Shown here: in pieces, positions 1-12,858 of the stretch
Layout: each line of letters starts with the position of its first letter
Numbering within the stretch: position 1 is the first letter of the stretch
Source: Caecitellus pseudoparvulus
Lineage: Eukaryota; Protista; Bigyra: Bicosoecida
NCBI GenBank assembly: GCA_965644315.1
Contig: CBFFRQ010000019.1
Span: 62,001-126,000 of the forward strand
Direction of reading: 5' to 3'
DNA length: 64,000 bases
The notes under the pieces: generated by a model
What the model was told of the DNA's origin: nothing
Database searches by the model: none
Seen by the model: only the letters and a program-made list of their open reading frames with translations
Program-made: the position numbers and the translations under genes

Positions 1-408
1 GACTGTGGCGCCAGAAAGGCTTTCTCACAGCCTTGGCGCGACACGACCCCAAACTGCACAGCAACCCAAGCAAAGCTTGTTGGCGAAGTACAATTTATTC
101 ATTTTCTTTGCACTATGACCGGACTCGGGTAGATCCTACTTGCTAAGGTTCTCCATGTAGCTCCACTCAATTCTACCTCCCGCTGTCGTGGCCTGAACGC
201 TTGTCATAAAAATTGTAACACTCTCGGCTTCTACAAGCCCCACAGCCTTCTCTTGGCTTATCATTCACTGTGCGTTGCCTGGAGCTGTACATACGGCTTG
301 CATTGCTTGGCATTCAAATCCCGCATTCACCAGCGCCTGGCCTTGCGTGGCTGGCCAGTGCAGGGGCTCCGAACCCGCGTGTGACACTCAGGAGGCACAA
401 TTTCGGTC

Positions 409-3400
409 ATGGACTCCCTTGCATCTCGAATTGCGTGCGTGCTTGTCCGGACCGCGGCTCTGCAGCGCCTCTGTCGCCAGCTGTGCCGCACGCGGCCAAC
501 GCCAAACTCCGCAGGCACGCCTTGCCGGACATTGCCCACCGAGCCGTGGCTCAGCTGCTCTCAAAGCTGGATGGTGAATTGATATCCCCACAGGCAGTCG
601 CTGAGCATGCAGGCCTGCTTGAGTCGCTCCACGCGTACTGCGAGCGCTTCCCTGCCCTGTTGGAAGGCAAGACCTCTGGCTCAGACAAGCAGCCAGACGG
701 CGCCGCGCTGAAGCAATGCCACACCCTCGTCCTGCTCCTGACGCACCTGTGTTCCCATTCACTCGGGTGTGCCAGTCTGCAGCGGTGGCAAACTGCATTC
801 CTGGCCGCAGTGGACGCGGCTGTGACTCGGGCTGGCCCGCACTCCGCAGCAGCGCGTCTGGCGCCGCATGTCCTCGCCGGCATCTTGCGCAGCCAGCCCG
901 TGCCCACCTCTGCGTTGCAGCGGGAAGACCTGCACATTGGCAGCCGCTCTGAGGTGGCTGCAGAGGAGGCCACACCCCGCCCAGCCACGCCACCAAGCGC
1001 CGCCCTCACTTCCACGCCACAACAACCGGCAAGCGACCCGGTGCCGTCTCCTGGGCGAGAGGCAGTGGTGTGTCTGTGGTCGGCATGTGGCGTGGACCCA
1101 CAGGCGTGTGCATCCCTCCCAGCAGGGCCCCAACTTCCCCCCGTCTTCCTCACCGCCTCTGACGAACAGGCTGTCTTTGACGCACACGCACAGCTGCTCC
1201 TGGCCCTCAGCGCAGGAGCAGACGGCACCTCCTTGCGCCAACTGCACGGGAAGGTGGGGTCTTCCCGTCCAGTCGCCCCAGGACACACACCCGCCCTGCC
1301 GCGCACCCTCCCCGCCGCGGTGGAGCGAGCAGACCTCGGGAGACTGCAGCGCGCACTCCGCGGCTTGCGCGACACGCTCATGGCAGACTTCCCCCCGGAG
1401 GTGTTCCTGCACCACTCCCACATTCTATGCGACATCTCAACAGTATGTGTCATTGCGTCTGCTGTGGCTGGGGCTGATTCACCCACACAGCAGCGCCTGG
1501 CCGCTCTGGAGGTTCTGGACACAGCGCACAACCTGCGCCAGCGCTGGCTTGCTGCGTTGCAACGCTGCATTGCTGACATACATGGCGTGAACTCCTTCAC
1601 CCCGCGATCAGGGTCTGCTGCAAATGGTGCGGGTGATGCAGCCCCACCAGTGCCCCCCGCGGACGCCATTCACGCGGCATCGACGGCTTCTCATCGAGCG
1701 GCTGCGTCAGTTCGGCGGCACTACAGCCTCGGCCACGCAAAAGCCCCCGAAGCCAGGGCCCCTGCCGAACCAGTCGCTGCACAAATGTTCGCTGGGCGGT
1801 ACACATACCCTCTGAGCCCTGCCTGGGAGAGTGCTGGCAGTCTGAGCCCTGGGCAGGCCGTGCGACTGCTGCTGCGAGGCGCAGTGCAGTGCCACAAAAC
1901 GGCGTCTGCCGCGGACTCTTGCCCACACTACGTGGCCTGTGCGACAGAGGCGGCGCTGGTGCAAACCATGCAGCACGTGCAGGGCGTCCTGGGTGCCTGG
2001 CTGGCCTGGAATGCCGACGCAGCAAGTGCAGTGCGCGACGTGTGCGACGAAGCTGTCAACGCCGCCGCCGCCACAGGCAGCGCGCGCGGCACACTGGTGA
2101 TGTTGAGGACTTTTGCCTCATTCACAAGTGCAGCTTGCATGCCAGGCCTTGACCTGTCCCCCAGCACGGCCTTGTGTGTGCTGGGCCGGGACGTTTCGGA
2201 TGCAACCGTGCAAGCCCTGGCGTGCGCAGGTTGCCACGTCGCCAACACGCTCACCCTCGCTCGCTCTGTCGGACAGGTGTGCCATGGGGAGCCACCCACT
2301 CCTCCTGCCGACGCAAGCATGCGGTTGGCGCTGCTGCAGGCCCTGCACGCCCACCAGCCTCCTGCCATGTCCCGCCAGCTGCACGCCTGGTCTGGGCAAG
2401 GCTGGTTCTGGGACACGATCGCCACTGCCATTGAGAGCGGACCACCAGACATGGCTGCAGCCACCTGCGCATGTGCGCTGCATGTGCTGGAGGATGCCAT
2501 CGTGGCTTGTGGAGATCAGCGGGATGAAATGGCGCCGCAAACTCCCAGCCCAGCCATGCAGCTGCTGGCCAAGCACGTCGCAGCGGCCGGCAGCGAGCAA
2601 GTCGTGCAAAGTCTAGCCCACGCCTGTGAGCATCTGCCTCAGACGCTGCACTTGTTGGCGACAATCTTCACCGCAGCAGTGGCTGTGCCGTCCAGTGTGG
2701 CGGTGGAGGAGGGCGTGCCACGGTATCTGCGAGGTGAGGACGACGCAGAGTACCCCCTGCTGAGGTGGGTGCCCACCCTCAAGCGGGCCCTGGCGCGCGC
2801 TGACCTCCCGGCTCACATTCGAGAGTGTCTGCAAGAGCACCAGAAGGCATGCATGGACGGCGCGCCAGCCTGGGTCTTTGCCGGCATTCTCGCGCAAGGA
2901 TCGTGCGGTACTTCGCCTGCCGTCACGCAAAGCGCCATCACCTCACTGTGGCGCTTCGTATGCCAGAACGCAGAGGCCCTGCTGTGTCGCGAGGAAGCTT
3001 ACGCAGGCGTTGCCGACGCGCCAACTGCGCGAAGCATCGCAGCGTCGTTGGCCCATGCACCTCTCGCGGCTGAAGATGCGGCTGGTGCGGCGTTTGACCG
3101 AAACCTGGCACACAGCGTGGAAGGCGCCAAGGCAACGCCAGTCGCTGACGCAGTGGATGCCGCCCAACGGCTGTGCGATCTGCTGCTCAGCCATGGTGGC
3201 AGTGCAGCCTTGCCTGAGCAGGCGTGCTTGCCTCAGCTGCCTCTCGTAGCCAGTGCAGCCATGGAGCTGGCTGGCTTGGCGGCAGCACACCCTGCTGCGT
3301 TCAACGCTGCTGAGGCGTGGAGCGCAGTGTTGCGGTGCGCCCACCGCATGAGCATCGAAGCGTTGCACAAGCCTGGCGCCTCACACCACCTCGCGCAGCT

Positions 3401-6400
3401 CGTGCGTGTGCTGAGTCACTGGCCGGCCGCTGGGAAGCCAGACCTCGCCCTGCCCCGCAGCAGCCTCGCGCTGCCCGCCTTGGCCACTGCGCTGCTCGGT
3501 GTTCTGAGTGAGTGCCCCGACAGGCAGCATGCGGCGTTGGCATGGATGGCTGACTCCACAAAGGTGCCGCAGCCCCCGCCGCCTCAGCCAGAGCACCCAG
3601 ATTTGCAGATGGCGCTGCAACTGCTGCGGCGCTCTCAAACTCCCCCAGATCCCATGCAGCACGCGACGTCCGTGAAGGCCGCCTTGCAACGAGCTCGCAG
3701 CCATGCGCAGTTTCGCTGCGCCTGCCGCGAGGCGCTGTGTGCAGCAGTCATGGCGGATGAGCCGTGGTTACTGCAGGCCGCACACGCTTCAGTGTGGGGC
3801 CCGCCTCTCCGCAAGATCCTCACGACGCCGCCTGCCTCTGCAGACGACCACGCCGTGCTGCAGAGTGCGCTGCGCTTCCTGACGACGCTGGTCCCTGGCA
3901 TGGAAGCGGCGTCTGCAAACGCCACCGCTGTGCTGCTGCGTGACACGCTCATTCCGCCACTGCACGCGGCAGCGGTACACGCAGTGCCAACGCCAGGGGG
4001 CGTGGCATCGCCCCCCGACCTCGCATATGCCGATGCGGGGCAGTACTGGGTGGACGCTCATGTAGGAGGTGGTGTGGGCTTGTTCGCTGCGCCGGCGTCA
4101 GATCCACCGTCCACCCCGCACATGGACACGGCCCAGGCTGTGCTGGAGCTCGTCCGAGCACTGGTCGCAGCAGACACTGGGTGTGTGGAGGGGGGGGCAG
4201 TGCACAGCCTGCTCACGGCGTCCGCCCTCCCTGCCATGCTGGCAGAGTGCGTTTCAGGGCCACTTGGGCTTTGTGTGCCTGCCCTGCACTGTGTATCGGC
4301 CTTCTCCACGCGGCAGTGGGTGGCACTGCCAAGCCACGCCGCGCGCAACCTGCAAGCCGCATGTGCGAACACAGCTGCGGGCTTCAGAGCCGCAGACACC
4401 TTCCAAGGCAAATCCCTCGTGCGCCTGTCCGTGTTTGCGCTGCAACGGGCCTGCGAAGCGGGCGCACTAGCTGCGTCTGTGCTGGAGGTGCGTGGAGGCC
4501 TGGCGTGGCTGGGGCGCTGCCTCACGGAGCGTGAAGTGCCCCTGCAAGCGGCAGCGTACACACTAGTTGGCGGACTGCTCGCCGCATCGCCCCCCGCCCT
4601 TGCGCCAGTGTTTGCGCTGCTGGCCTGCCACGCCGACGCACAGGCTGGGGACTCCACCAGCATGGCCCAGGACATTGCCGTGTTCCTGGCTCGCCAGGCC
4701 ACCGCCCCCACCGCTCCGCCGGCTGTCAGCACAGCCGCTGCCTCTGCTCTGGCCTGCTTCCTGGATGCCGCCCCAGTGTCCCGAGCGCAAGCCTGCTGGG
4801 AGCGCCTTGCACAGTGGGGCGGCATGTTGAAGCTGGCCCAGAGCCTGGGGCGCGTTCTGTCCACACTGGCCCCCGACCGCAGCCTGCCGTGCCTGCTTCC
4901 TGGGGACAACCCCCTGCCGCCCCTGCCTCACGCTGCACGGTGTGACTGCGACCAGGCCGCCGCCCTCATCCGCGTCGCCTGCTCCGCTGCAGAGTGCGGG
5001 GCAGAGGCCGCCTGTGCCCAGGCCCTGGAAGCTGACCTGTCTGCTCACATCGCGGCCTGCACAGCTGCAGTCACCTCTGCCCACGGCGCTGGCCTGTTCG
5101 CCGCAGCGCATGCGTGGTGCCTGGCTGCAGGCGGCGTGTCAGGGGAGCTGGCAGCACAAGCGGCATGCATTGTGGAGACACACCTGCCTGGGCCGTGGCG
5201 GGCGTGTGCCACTGCGCTGGCTCGCAAGGCAGTGGCACACATGCAAGCAGACGCCACTTCGCAAGCTGCCCTGGATGCACTGGCTGCCACTGTGCACTGC
5301 ATTTCTGTGCTTGAGAGCTCCCCTGGTAGCATGCAGCTTCCTGACGCTGTGGGGGAGCACTTGCCTACACTGTTGGCCCACGCTTCGGCCCCTCAACAGG
5401 TCTCCCTTGCACGGGCCGTGCACCGCATGCAGGCAGTGCCTGGGCCTCTGCTCAGCGGACTGTGTCAGCGTCTCGTGGCAGCGTCGGCCAGCAGCCAGCT
5501 GGCTGATGTGCACGCTGCAGTGACAGCGGCAAAGCCTGACCCACGCACGCTTGCCGCTATGCCGGTGTTTTCGGATCGGGCTGCATTGGGCCATGCCTCT
5601 GCGCTGTCGGCTGCGCTGGCGTTTGCGTGCCACGCGAGTGACTCACAGCCGCCCCGCCTGCAACCTGCCCTGACTCGTGCGTTGGTGGCGGTGGCCGACT
5701 GCGCTATCGCGGGCCTGTGTGTCGTGGCTGAAGCCGGCGCACACCACCGACACCCCACCGCCTTTGCGGCAGCCACTGAGTTCCTCGCTACCTGGGCGGC
5801 GGCGGCACAGCTGCCACTGCTGGCGCTGGTGGCTACCTCACGCAGCGCAGCGGCGCACACACAGGACGGCGACGGGCGCAGTCAAATGTCACCACCAGCG
5901 CCCCTTTCATTGTTGGCCGACTTGCAGCCCAGCCTTGCCTCAAGCGTGGCAAGCAGTCCTACATGGCTGTCGCTGGCCCACTTGCTCAGTAGCAAAGCAT
6001 CCGTGGCAGCCGCGGCGCTGTGCCGTGTGACAGCCATAGCCAGCGCACTGGCCCATGAAGTCGCGTGTTTCGGGAGCGCGGTGTCTTCTTTTCTGTCTCA
6101 AGGCACGTGGAAGGCCTTCGTGGCGGCAGCTGCATCTGCACTGCCGCATCTCCACGCCATCACTGTGGCCCTGCCGCCCCCTTTGCCAGGGTGCCCTGCC
6201 ATCCCCCTGTGTCTGGTGCCCGTACACCCTGCGCAGCAGTCACACCACAGCAGGGGTGCCCAGTCCAGCCCCCGTTTGCCTGGCTCTGATGTTATGTGGC
6301 AAGGCGTTGCGCGTACAAGTGACAGCGCAAACGCACCACTTCTAGCACAATGGTGGCCTGGCCCGCGCACAGAGCCAGGCGCCTTGCCTGCACACGTGCA

Positions 6401-7022
6401 CTCTGTCGCCCCAGCTGCACTGGGCAGCATTGCCCGAGGCGTCTTTGCTCTCTTCCGAGATGCCGCCTGTGCAACGCTCGTGTTGCGGAGTCAGGCAGTG
6501 GGACGGCTTCTCGCCGCCGCAGCAGAGGCTGAAGGCCGCAACCCACACGGACAGGCAGCAGATAGCACGAGGTGGGCTTCCTCTGCAGTTTTGTCAGCAT
6601 GTGCTGTGGGCGCGGGCAGCGCTGCCGGGGCCAAGGCGGTGCTGTCGCACAGCGCGTCGTTGCGCAACCTGCTGCAAGCTCAGCCGGCCGAGCCTGGTAC
6701 CTTGCTCTGTGTCCAGGCACTTGCGCGCCACCGCCAAGCCCACGCCATGCTGGGGCAGCACTTCACTTCCCAGCGTCTGGCAGCGCTGGTTCCCGCGCCG
6801 CGCCAGTCTGAGGCCTCCAACGGTGCCTATGGCAGGCACTTGCGGGAGCTGTCTCTGCTCACGTTCGTGGCGTTGACGGATGAGGTCACGGCCTGCCGCC
6901 ACTCTGCGCGAAGTGGCGACCCCAGTGCGTTGAAACGCACCCTGGAGCTCATTGCTGTTGCATCGCAAGAGCCCAGGCTCGTCGAGCTGGCCAGGACTGC
7001 TCGAGCATGTCTGGCTTCTTGA
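409..7022 (+). CDS. RTTN: Rotatin (RTTN/Ana3 family) centriole/basal-body protein, ~2,180 aa; intron 435-514
   Basis: Splicing ATG409 across the GTGCGT...CCGCAG intron gives MDSLASRIAHALPDIAHRAVAQLLSKL, matching the rotatin N-terminus ([21 protein letters not shown]). LRDTLMADFPPEVFL matches rotatin LKDVIMQDFPAEIFL. Length is similar to animal rotatin. The ORF-finder start at 270 is not the likely start. Confidence 0.82.
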
Positions 7023-7268
7023 CCAGGCTTGATGCTGCCAAGACCACTCGCAACGTCAACAACCAAGCCCTGGCCGCACAGGGCGTGCGGCGGCAGAGTC
7101 CCGCTCAGAAACAATTCAAATACATACACATGATTGCCTCTACCGACGCTGCTCCCCATTTAACTCACATTCACGCTGTCTGGGCGCTGCAGTGCTGCAG
7201 ACGAAACTCCACCCAACGGCTGAGCTAGAACTTGCGCCCAGCACCGTCCTGTCCAACACCTGAGCGCC

Positions 7269-8566
7269 ATGGCAGCGGGGGAGGACGCCATTCCCATGTA
7301 CACGTGGCCTACGGGGCAGCTTCTGCCCCGCCTCGTGCAGTGCAGGCACCCTGATCTGCCCAGTTTGGGTGCGGAACTTGTGCGTGCTTCTTGCGGCGGC
7401 GCGGCTCACCGGCACGACGCCTCCTTTGCCCCTGCTCGCATAAACCCCAACTCCCTCCCGCGCAGATGAAAGATTTGCTGAACGGCCTGCTGACCACCGC
7501 TGCAGACCGCGCCGCGTACCGTGAGCGGCTCGTGGCAAGCGGCAGTCTGATCTGCGAAGAAGAGGATTCCTGCAGTGTTGCAAGTGCAGACACTGGCGCA
7601 GACTGCGACGTGCAGGGCGACCTGGACGTCACCGTCGTGGACTGCCGCTACCGCTTCGAGCACGAAGGCGGACACATCAAAGGGTCCACTTCCCAGCCCT
7701 GCTCGGTGCACTTTCTTCAAGGCGCCTTCCCCCTTCCACCAACGGACTTGGACGCCAGCGACAGCCCTGACTCCAGTGACCCGCGCCCACACCCCAGACG
7801 CTTGCAAAGCCTGCACCAACTGGCCTCCCCTGCAAGGCACAGCCACCAGCCCCTGCACGCGCCCACCTCCAGCGACTCAACCCAGGTGTTCGTGTTCCAC
7901 TGCGAGTTCAGCGCGAACAGGGGGCCAGACATGGCGCGCCGACTGCGGAACACAGACCGACACCTGCACATGGAACACTTTCCCTTCCTCGCCCACCCCC
8001 ACTTGTACGTCCTGGAGGGGGGCTACAAGGCCTTCCACGCCCTGGCCCCAGGCCTCTGCTCCACGGGAGCCTATGTTCCCATGCTGCACCCCACATTCCT
8101 GCCCAAGCTGCCATCAGCACACGCCGCCTCCAAGGACGCCGCCCGTGCCATCAGCGCATGGGTGCGGGGTGCTGCCACCAGCCCCGCACACTCCCCCGCC
8201 ACCCAAGACTCCTCTTCCAGCGGCAAGCGTGGGCTGAAGCGCCGACGGAGCAGGGGCGCGCGGGCAGACGGCGAGTCACCCCTGTGCATGATGAGTCCAC
8301 CCCCCTCAGCCCAGCGCAGCCGAGGCCTGGGCGCCATGCACCTCTCCTTCACAGCGGCTGGCGAGGAGGGTGGCAGTGCGAAACGGCGCCACCACGAGCT
8401 GTGCCTACTCAGCACGCGCACACCGCTGCCCACTGCGCCTTCAGGCTTCAGCCTGGCCAGCAGCCCTGCACCGCCCTCGGCTGTGATGGCTGAAGGCGCC
8501 ACAGCTCAGCCAGACTCGCCTGGACCGCGCGTGGACAGCCCCCCCTCAGCACTGCTGTTCGCGTGA
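7269..8566 (+). CDS. CDC25: Cdc25-family (M-phase inducer) dual-specificity phosphatase, rhodanese fold; intron 7380-7465
   Basis: Motifs VVDCRYRFEHEGGHIKG, FHCEFSANRGP (catalytic HCX5R), RNTDR and LYVLEGGYKAF. The spliced N-terminus LPRLVQCRHPDLPSLGAELMKDLLNG resembles the Cdc25 segment that precedes the catalytic domain. Confidence 0.9.
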
Positions 8567-8722
8567 GCGAGCAGTGCGTGCTGCGGTGTGCCGTTCTTAA
8601 TTCACACCTAGTCCGACCAGCTCACCATCGCTTGTTCACTCGCTCCGCAGCTAGCACTCCAGCCTTTGCAACGGCACGAGCCGGCGTTTCGCCTGCGTTA
8701 CCTAGTCCAACAGTTCTGCGCC

Positions 8723-10668
8723 ATGCAGGGCCACTTGAAGGAGCAGGATGAGTTCTTCCAGTACATTCTCGCGCAACTCGCTGCACAGGGCACCATGAGC
8801 CCTGAGAAGTACGGTGAGGCCGGCGGTGCGCGCAGCTGCGTGGCTTCGCCCAGCGCAGCGACTGACCACGCCGACGCGCAGACGCCGTCTTTAGCGAAAT
8901 TGAAGGCATGATTCAGGAACACATTGACGAACCAGAGGGGTCTAAACTGTCCGAGTACGTGAATTCCATTGCATCCACCGTGCGGGAGAGGCTGCAGCGT
9001 CCCTGCTGCCCTGCCTTGCGGCCTCGCAGCCTGGCCTCACACTCGACCTGGCCTTCCCTCCACACAGGGCCGTCCCAACACTGAAGGCGGTGCACACACC
9101 GCTGCCCCTGACTGAGGCTCTGGCAGAGTATGACGACCACACGCGTGTGCGGCAGCGCAAGTTCGTGCCCATGACGTTCAAGGAGGTGCGGCACGTGGTG
9201 AACATCGCCACGGTGAAGGTGGTGGCGCCTCAGCTACGTCTGCTCTGCCTGGACGCCGACGAGACCTGCTACAGTGATGGGTGCGTGGCGCTGGTGCAGG
9301 GTGCGCTGTACCACCCTCCGCCCTTCACTCCGCGTCGCCGCCTTTCACCGCAGTGGCACCATCACGCCCGACTCGCCCATGATCCCGATCATCACTTCAT
9401 TCATCCGGGCTGGCATCACAGTGTGCCTCGTGACGGCTGCCGGCTATGCCAACGCTCCAGGGAAGTACGAGCACCGCCTGCGCGGGCTGCTGGATGCGTT
9501 TCAATTCGCCGTGAACATGGGCGCGCCGTCTGATGCGTTTCAACGGCACTTTTACGTGATGGGTGGAGAGGCGAACTACCTCCACCGCCTCGTCGTCAGT
9601 CGCAAGGGGCGCCTGCAGTTGGCAGTGGTGCCAGGTGAAGAGTGGAAGAACGGGCGAGGAGTGCGGTGGTCTCTGGAGGGCATTCGCAGCCTCCTGGACA
9701 TTGCCGAAGACACGCTGCGTGAGCGTGCCGCTGCGCTGGGGCTGGCGGTGCAGTTCATCCGCAAGGAGCGCGCAGTGGGCATGATCCGAGCTGGTGACGC
9801 GAAGTTCCCGTTTGAAGTGTTGGAGGAGGTGGCGCTGGCGGTGCAAGCGGCGCTGAAGGGACACCCCGTCCCGCACTGCGCCTTTAACGGTGGACAGGAC
9901 TGCTGGGTGGACGTGGGCAACAAAGCACTGGGCATTCGAGCCGTGCAGGCCTTCCTCAGCCCCAAGGCGAACGCCTCCAACACAGTGCACGTGGGTGACC
10001 GCTTCACGCGCACAGGGAACGACACACACTCACGCGACGCCGCTAGCACGCTGTGGATCTCAAACCCTCGCGAAACTCGGTTTTTTCTCCACCTCCTTCT
10101 GCGTGCAGTGGTCCGAACGCACCCCAAGGTGGCCGCCGTCACGGCAGAAGCTGTGGCTCCCATCGCTCCCATCAAGCCACCTGGCACAGCTGCTGCCGCC
10201 ATGTCAGCGGGAGTCAGCGGGTGGGTGTCGCAGGGCGACGATACGCCCGTGACATCTGGTGCAGCAGACCTGCCCCAGCACGCTGCGGCAGCCTTGGGCG
10301 TCTCCACGCGCCCTCGCACGCCGGAGCAAGGCGATGCCGCCGAAGCGGTTCGTCGTCCCTACACGCCCGATGTCCTGCCAGCGCAGGAAGGCGACCACGT
10401 GAGCCCCCTCGTGCAAGCGGTGGCTGCACCCCCTCCCGGCACCATGGCGCCACTGGCACTGCCTGTTGCCGCCCCATCTGCCAGCCGTGTTCGCAGTGCT
10501 CTTGATGCCGACGGCGGCGTGGTGGTGGGGGCTGAAGCAGGTCGCGCGCCACCTGTCGGCGCGACACGCCGCCTGTCCTTGGCTGGGTCAGGGGAGGGGA
10601 GTGACTCCGATGATGATGCGGAGGGTGGGACCTCTGCTGTGGACCTGGACATGTCCTGGCTGGAGTAG
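8723..10668 (+). CDS. ISN1: IMP-specific 5'-nucleotidase (ISN1 family, HAD fold); about 3 introns
   Basis: Spliced product contains LKEQDEFF, RKFVPMTFKEVRHVVN, HAD motif I LDADETCY, VTAAGY, FNGGQDCWVDVGNK and HVGDRFTRTGND, all characteristic of ISN1. Confidence 0.9.
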
Positions 10669-10813
10669 CGTGGCCCGTGGGAGGGCAATGTGATGCGGCA
10701 GTTTGTGGGCAGCAGACCAGACAAAGCAACAATTCAAACCAACCACGGCTACAACGCTGGCCCCCGCTGTGCCTCCGCAACTTCTGTGCCTGCACACGTG
10801 TGCCTGCGGCACC

Positions 10814-12323
10814 ATGGCGTCCACCGCCTCACGCATGCCAGCCGAAGTGCTGGCGGAGTTGAGGCGGACACCCGCCAATGAGGTGTGTGTGGACTGCCCC
10901 ACACGCTCCCCCCAGTGGGCCAGTGCGACGTATGGCACCCTGCTCTGCCTCAAGTGCTCCGGTGTGCACCGAGGCATGGGCGTGCGCATCTCCTTCGTGC
11001 GCTCCATCCAAATGGACCAGTGGAACGACAAGCAGCTGCGCACGATGAAGGTGCGTGCCAACGCCAGTGCCACACTCACCTACCTGGCAGCACTCCATGA
11101 ACTCGCCTCACAGATTGGAGGGAACCAGCGCCTGCTGGACTTCTGGAAGGAACATGGCCTGCAGGATGCGTCTGCGAAAGAGAAGTACTACTCCTTGCCG
11201 GCTGCCTTTTACCGAGCCATGATTGCTGCTGAGCGGGATGGCACGCCACCCGTCATTTGGGAGCAGTTTGCAGCGGAACACGCCGCCCAAGCCCAGCAAA
11301 CACAGGCCTCCAGTGAAGAGCATGCGAGCAGTGACCGGTGAGTCGCGAGGGATCCACGAGTGCAGCCCGCTGCAGCCCGGCAGGGCCTGGCGTGTCCGGG
11401 AGAAGCCTGCGTTTCACCACACGTTTCGCTTCGCCCGCCGCAGGGAAGCCCGCCTGCGCAGCGAGGCACAAGACCGCATTCGCAGCAAGTACGGCTCGCA
11501 CGGCATGTCGTCGGTGGGAAGCCACCCGTCCTCCGCTCGCCCTAGGCAGGGCTCTGACAGCGAGCAGTTTGTGCGCAGTCTGGAGCAAACGGGGGCGCAG
11601 GCTGCTGAGGCGGCCAGCAAGGCCTGGGGCGTCCTCAGCTCGGCCGTGTCCATGGGCTTCCACAAGGTGGCCCAAGAAGCCACCAAGTTCGGCGAGGAGC
11701 TGCAGTCCCAAGACATTCCCGGAAGGTTCCGCTCGGGCGTCACAAACCTCAGCTCCACCATCTCCTCCGCAGTGCACCCCCAAGCGGCGTCCGCAGGAGC
11801 ACCCCCCCAGCACGGCGAAGCCCCCCCCCCACCTCGCCACACATCCCAAGGGGGTGGAGGAGGGGGGGGCGACCCCCTAGAAGGCGTTGCCTCTGCCGTG
11901 TCTGCCTGGTTCAGCTCAGCCTCCTCGGAAGTTGCCAGTCGCTGGGGCTCACTCGGTGCAAGCACGACAACACCAGCGCAAAGCCAAACTCACGCTGCCT
12001 CACACCAGCAGGCACCCAGCACAGAGCCTGTGCCTGCGCGCACAGCCTCGTTCGACGACGGAGATGCAGCCTGGCTGGCAGAGGAGGTGCCCACCAGCCC
12101 CCAGCCCACTGCGACCACCCACACAAGCACAGCCAACGCCACGACAGTGACGCAGATGGAAGAGGGGGGGTGGGATGGCGATGACTTTGACTGGGACGCC
12201 ATTCCAGACACCCCTGCACCGGCGCCAGCAACGGCACCGGCACCGGCACCGGCGCCAGCAGTTGCTCAGCCTGCCACAACGAGCGGCGCTCAAGATGACG
12301 ACTTCTTTGACAACTGGGATTGA
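10814..12323 (+). CDS. ADP-ribosylation factor GTPase-activating protein (ArfGAP1-like); introns 11051-11113 and one near 11338-11443
   Basis: Zinc finger CVDC-x16-CLKCSGVHRGMGVRISFVRS, MDQW, GGN. C-terminal acidic/aromatic motifs (GWDGDDFDWD, DDDFFDNWD) are typical of ArfGAP1-type proteins. Confidence 0.9.
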
Positions 12324-12858
12324 AGCTTGCACTGGGGTTGTTGTGCCGACCCAATGCATTCGCAGTCTGGTCTGCGTGGGATGTGGCACTCTTGCGGCCA
12401 CATGCGATGCATGCCTCTACATGCCTCCATTCACGTCCGCATGCCCGCTCACCAACAAGCATGGGTGTTCCGTTCCCTTATGAACAGCAAACTCATCCCA
12501 GGTCAGATGTGAAGGTAGAAATGGCTTCGTTGTGAAGCTGTGGGGAGGTGGGTCCAGCCTTGACCAAGCCACACACAAGGCGCACGTGACCCAAATTGCA
12601 ATTCACCAAGTCAGGATATAGACTAGGAGCGCTGCTGCACTCCCGCTCATCATCGTGCCTGGCGCCTGATCTCCACTCCTGGCCGCCACAGGTGAGGATG
12701 TACTGGTGCAAGTGCGGAAGTTGCGCTCTCACACGTCCAACGCGACAACGCCACTCCGCCACCCCGCCACCCCGAGACACCTTCCCACTGCCTCTACTCC
12801 ACAGGGTCCCGCTACATAGCATTGGCACACCTGGCAAGGCCCCCTGCCATCCGTCGCC

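Noticed and set aside
1-269. AT-richer stretch with U-rich runs that might be an snRNA or other ncRNA
   Set aside because: No recognisable snRNA, tRNA or snoRNA motif or structure. Most simply it is promoter or intergenic DNA truncated by the window edge.
270-408. ORF-finder N-terminal extension of the 2250-aa ORF
   Set aside because: It starts at GTG and reads through intron 435-514. The spliced ATG409 model matches the rotatin N-terminus much better.
435-514. Possible Introner-type repeated introns (several begin GTGCGTGC)
   Set aside because: Similarity among the introns compared is limited to the donor, branch and acceptor consensus; the internal sequences are unrelated.
12216-12260. 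GCACCG hexamer repeats
   Set aside because: They encode a simple Pro-Ala linker in ArfGAP, an ordinary low-complexity tract.
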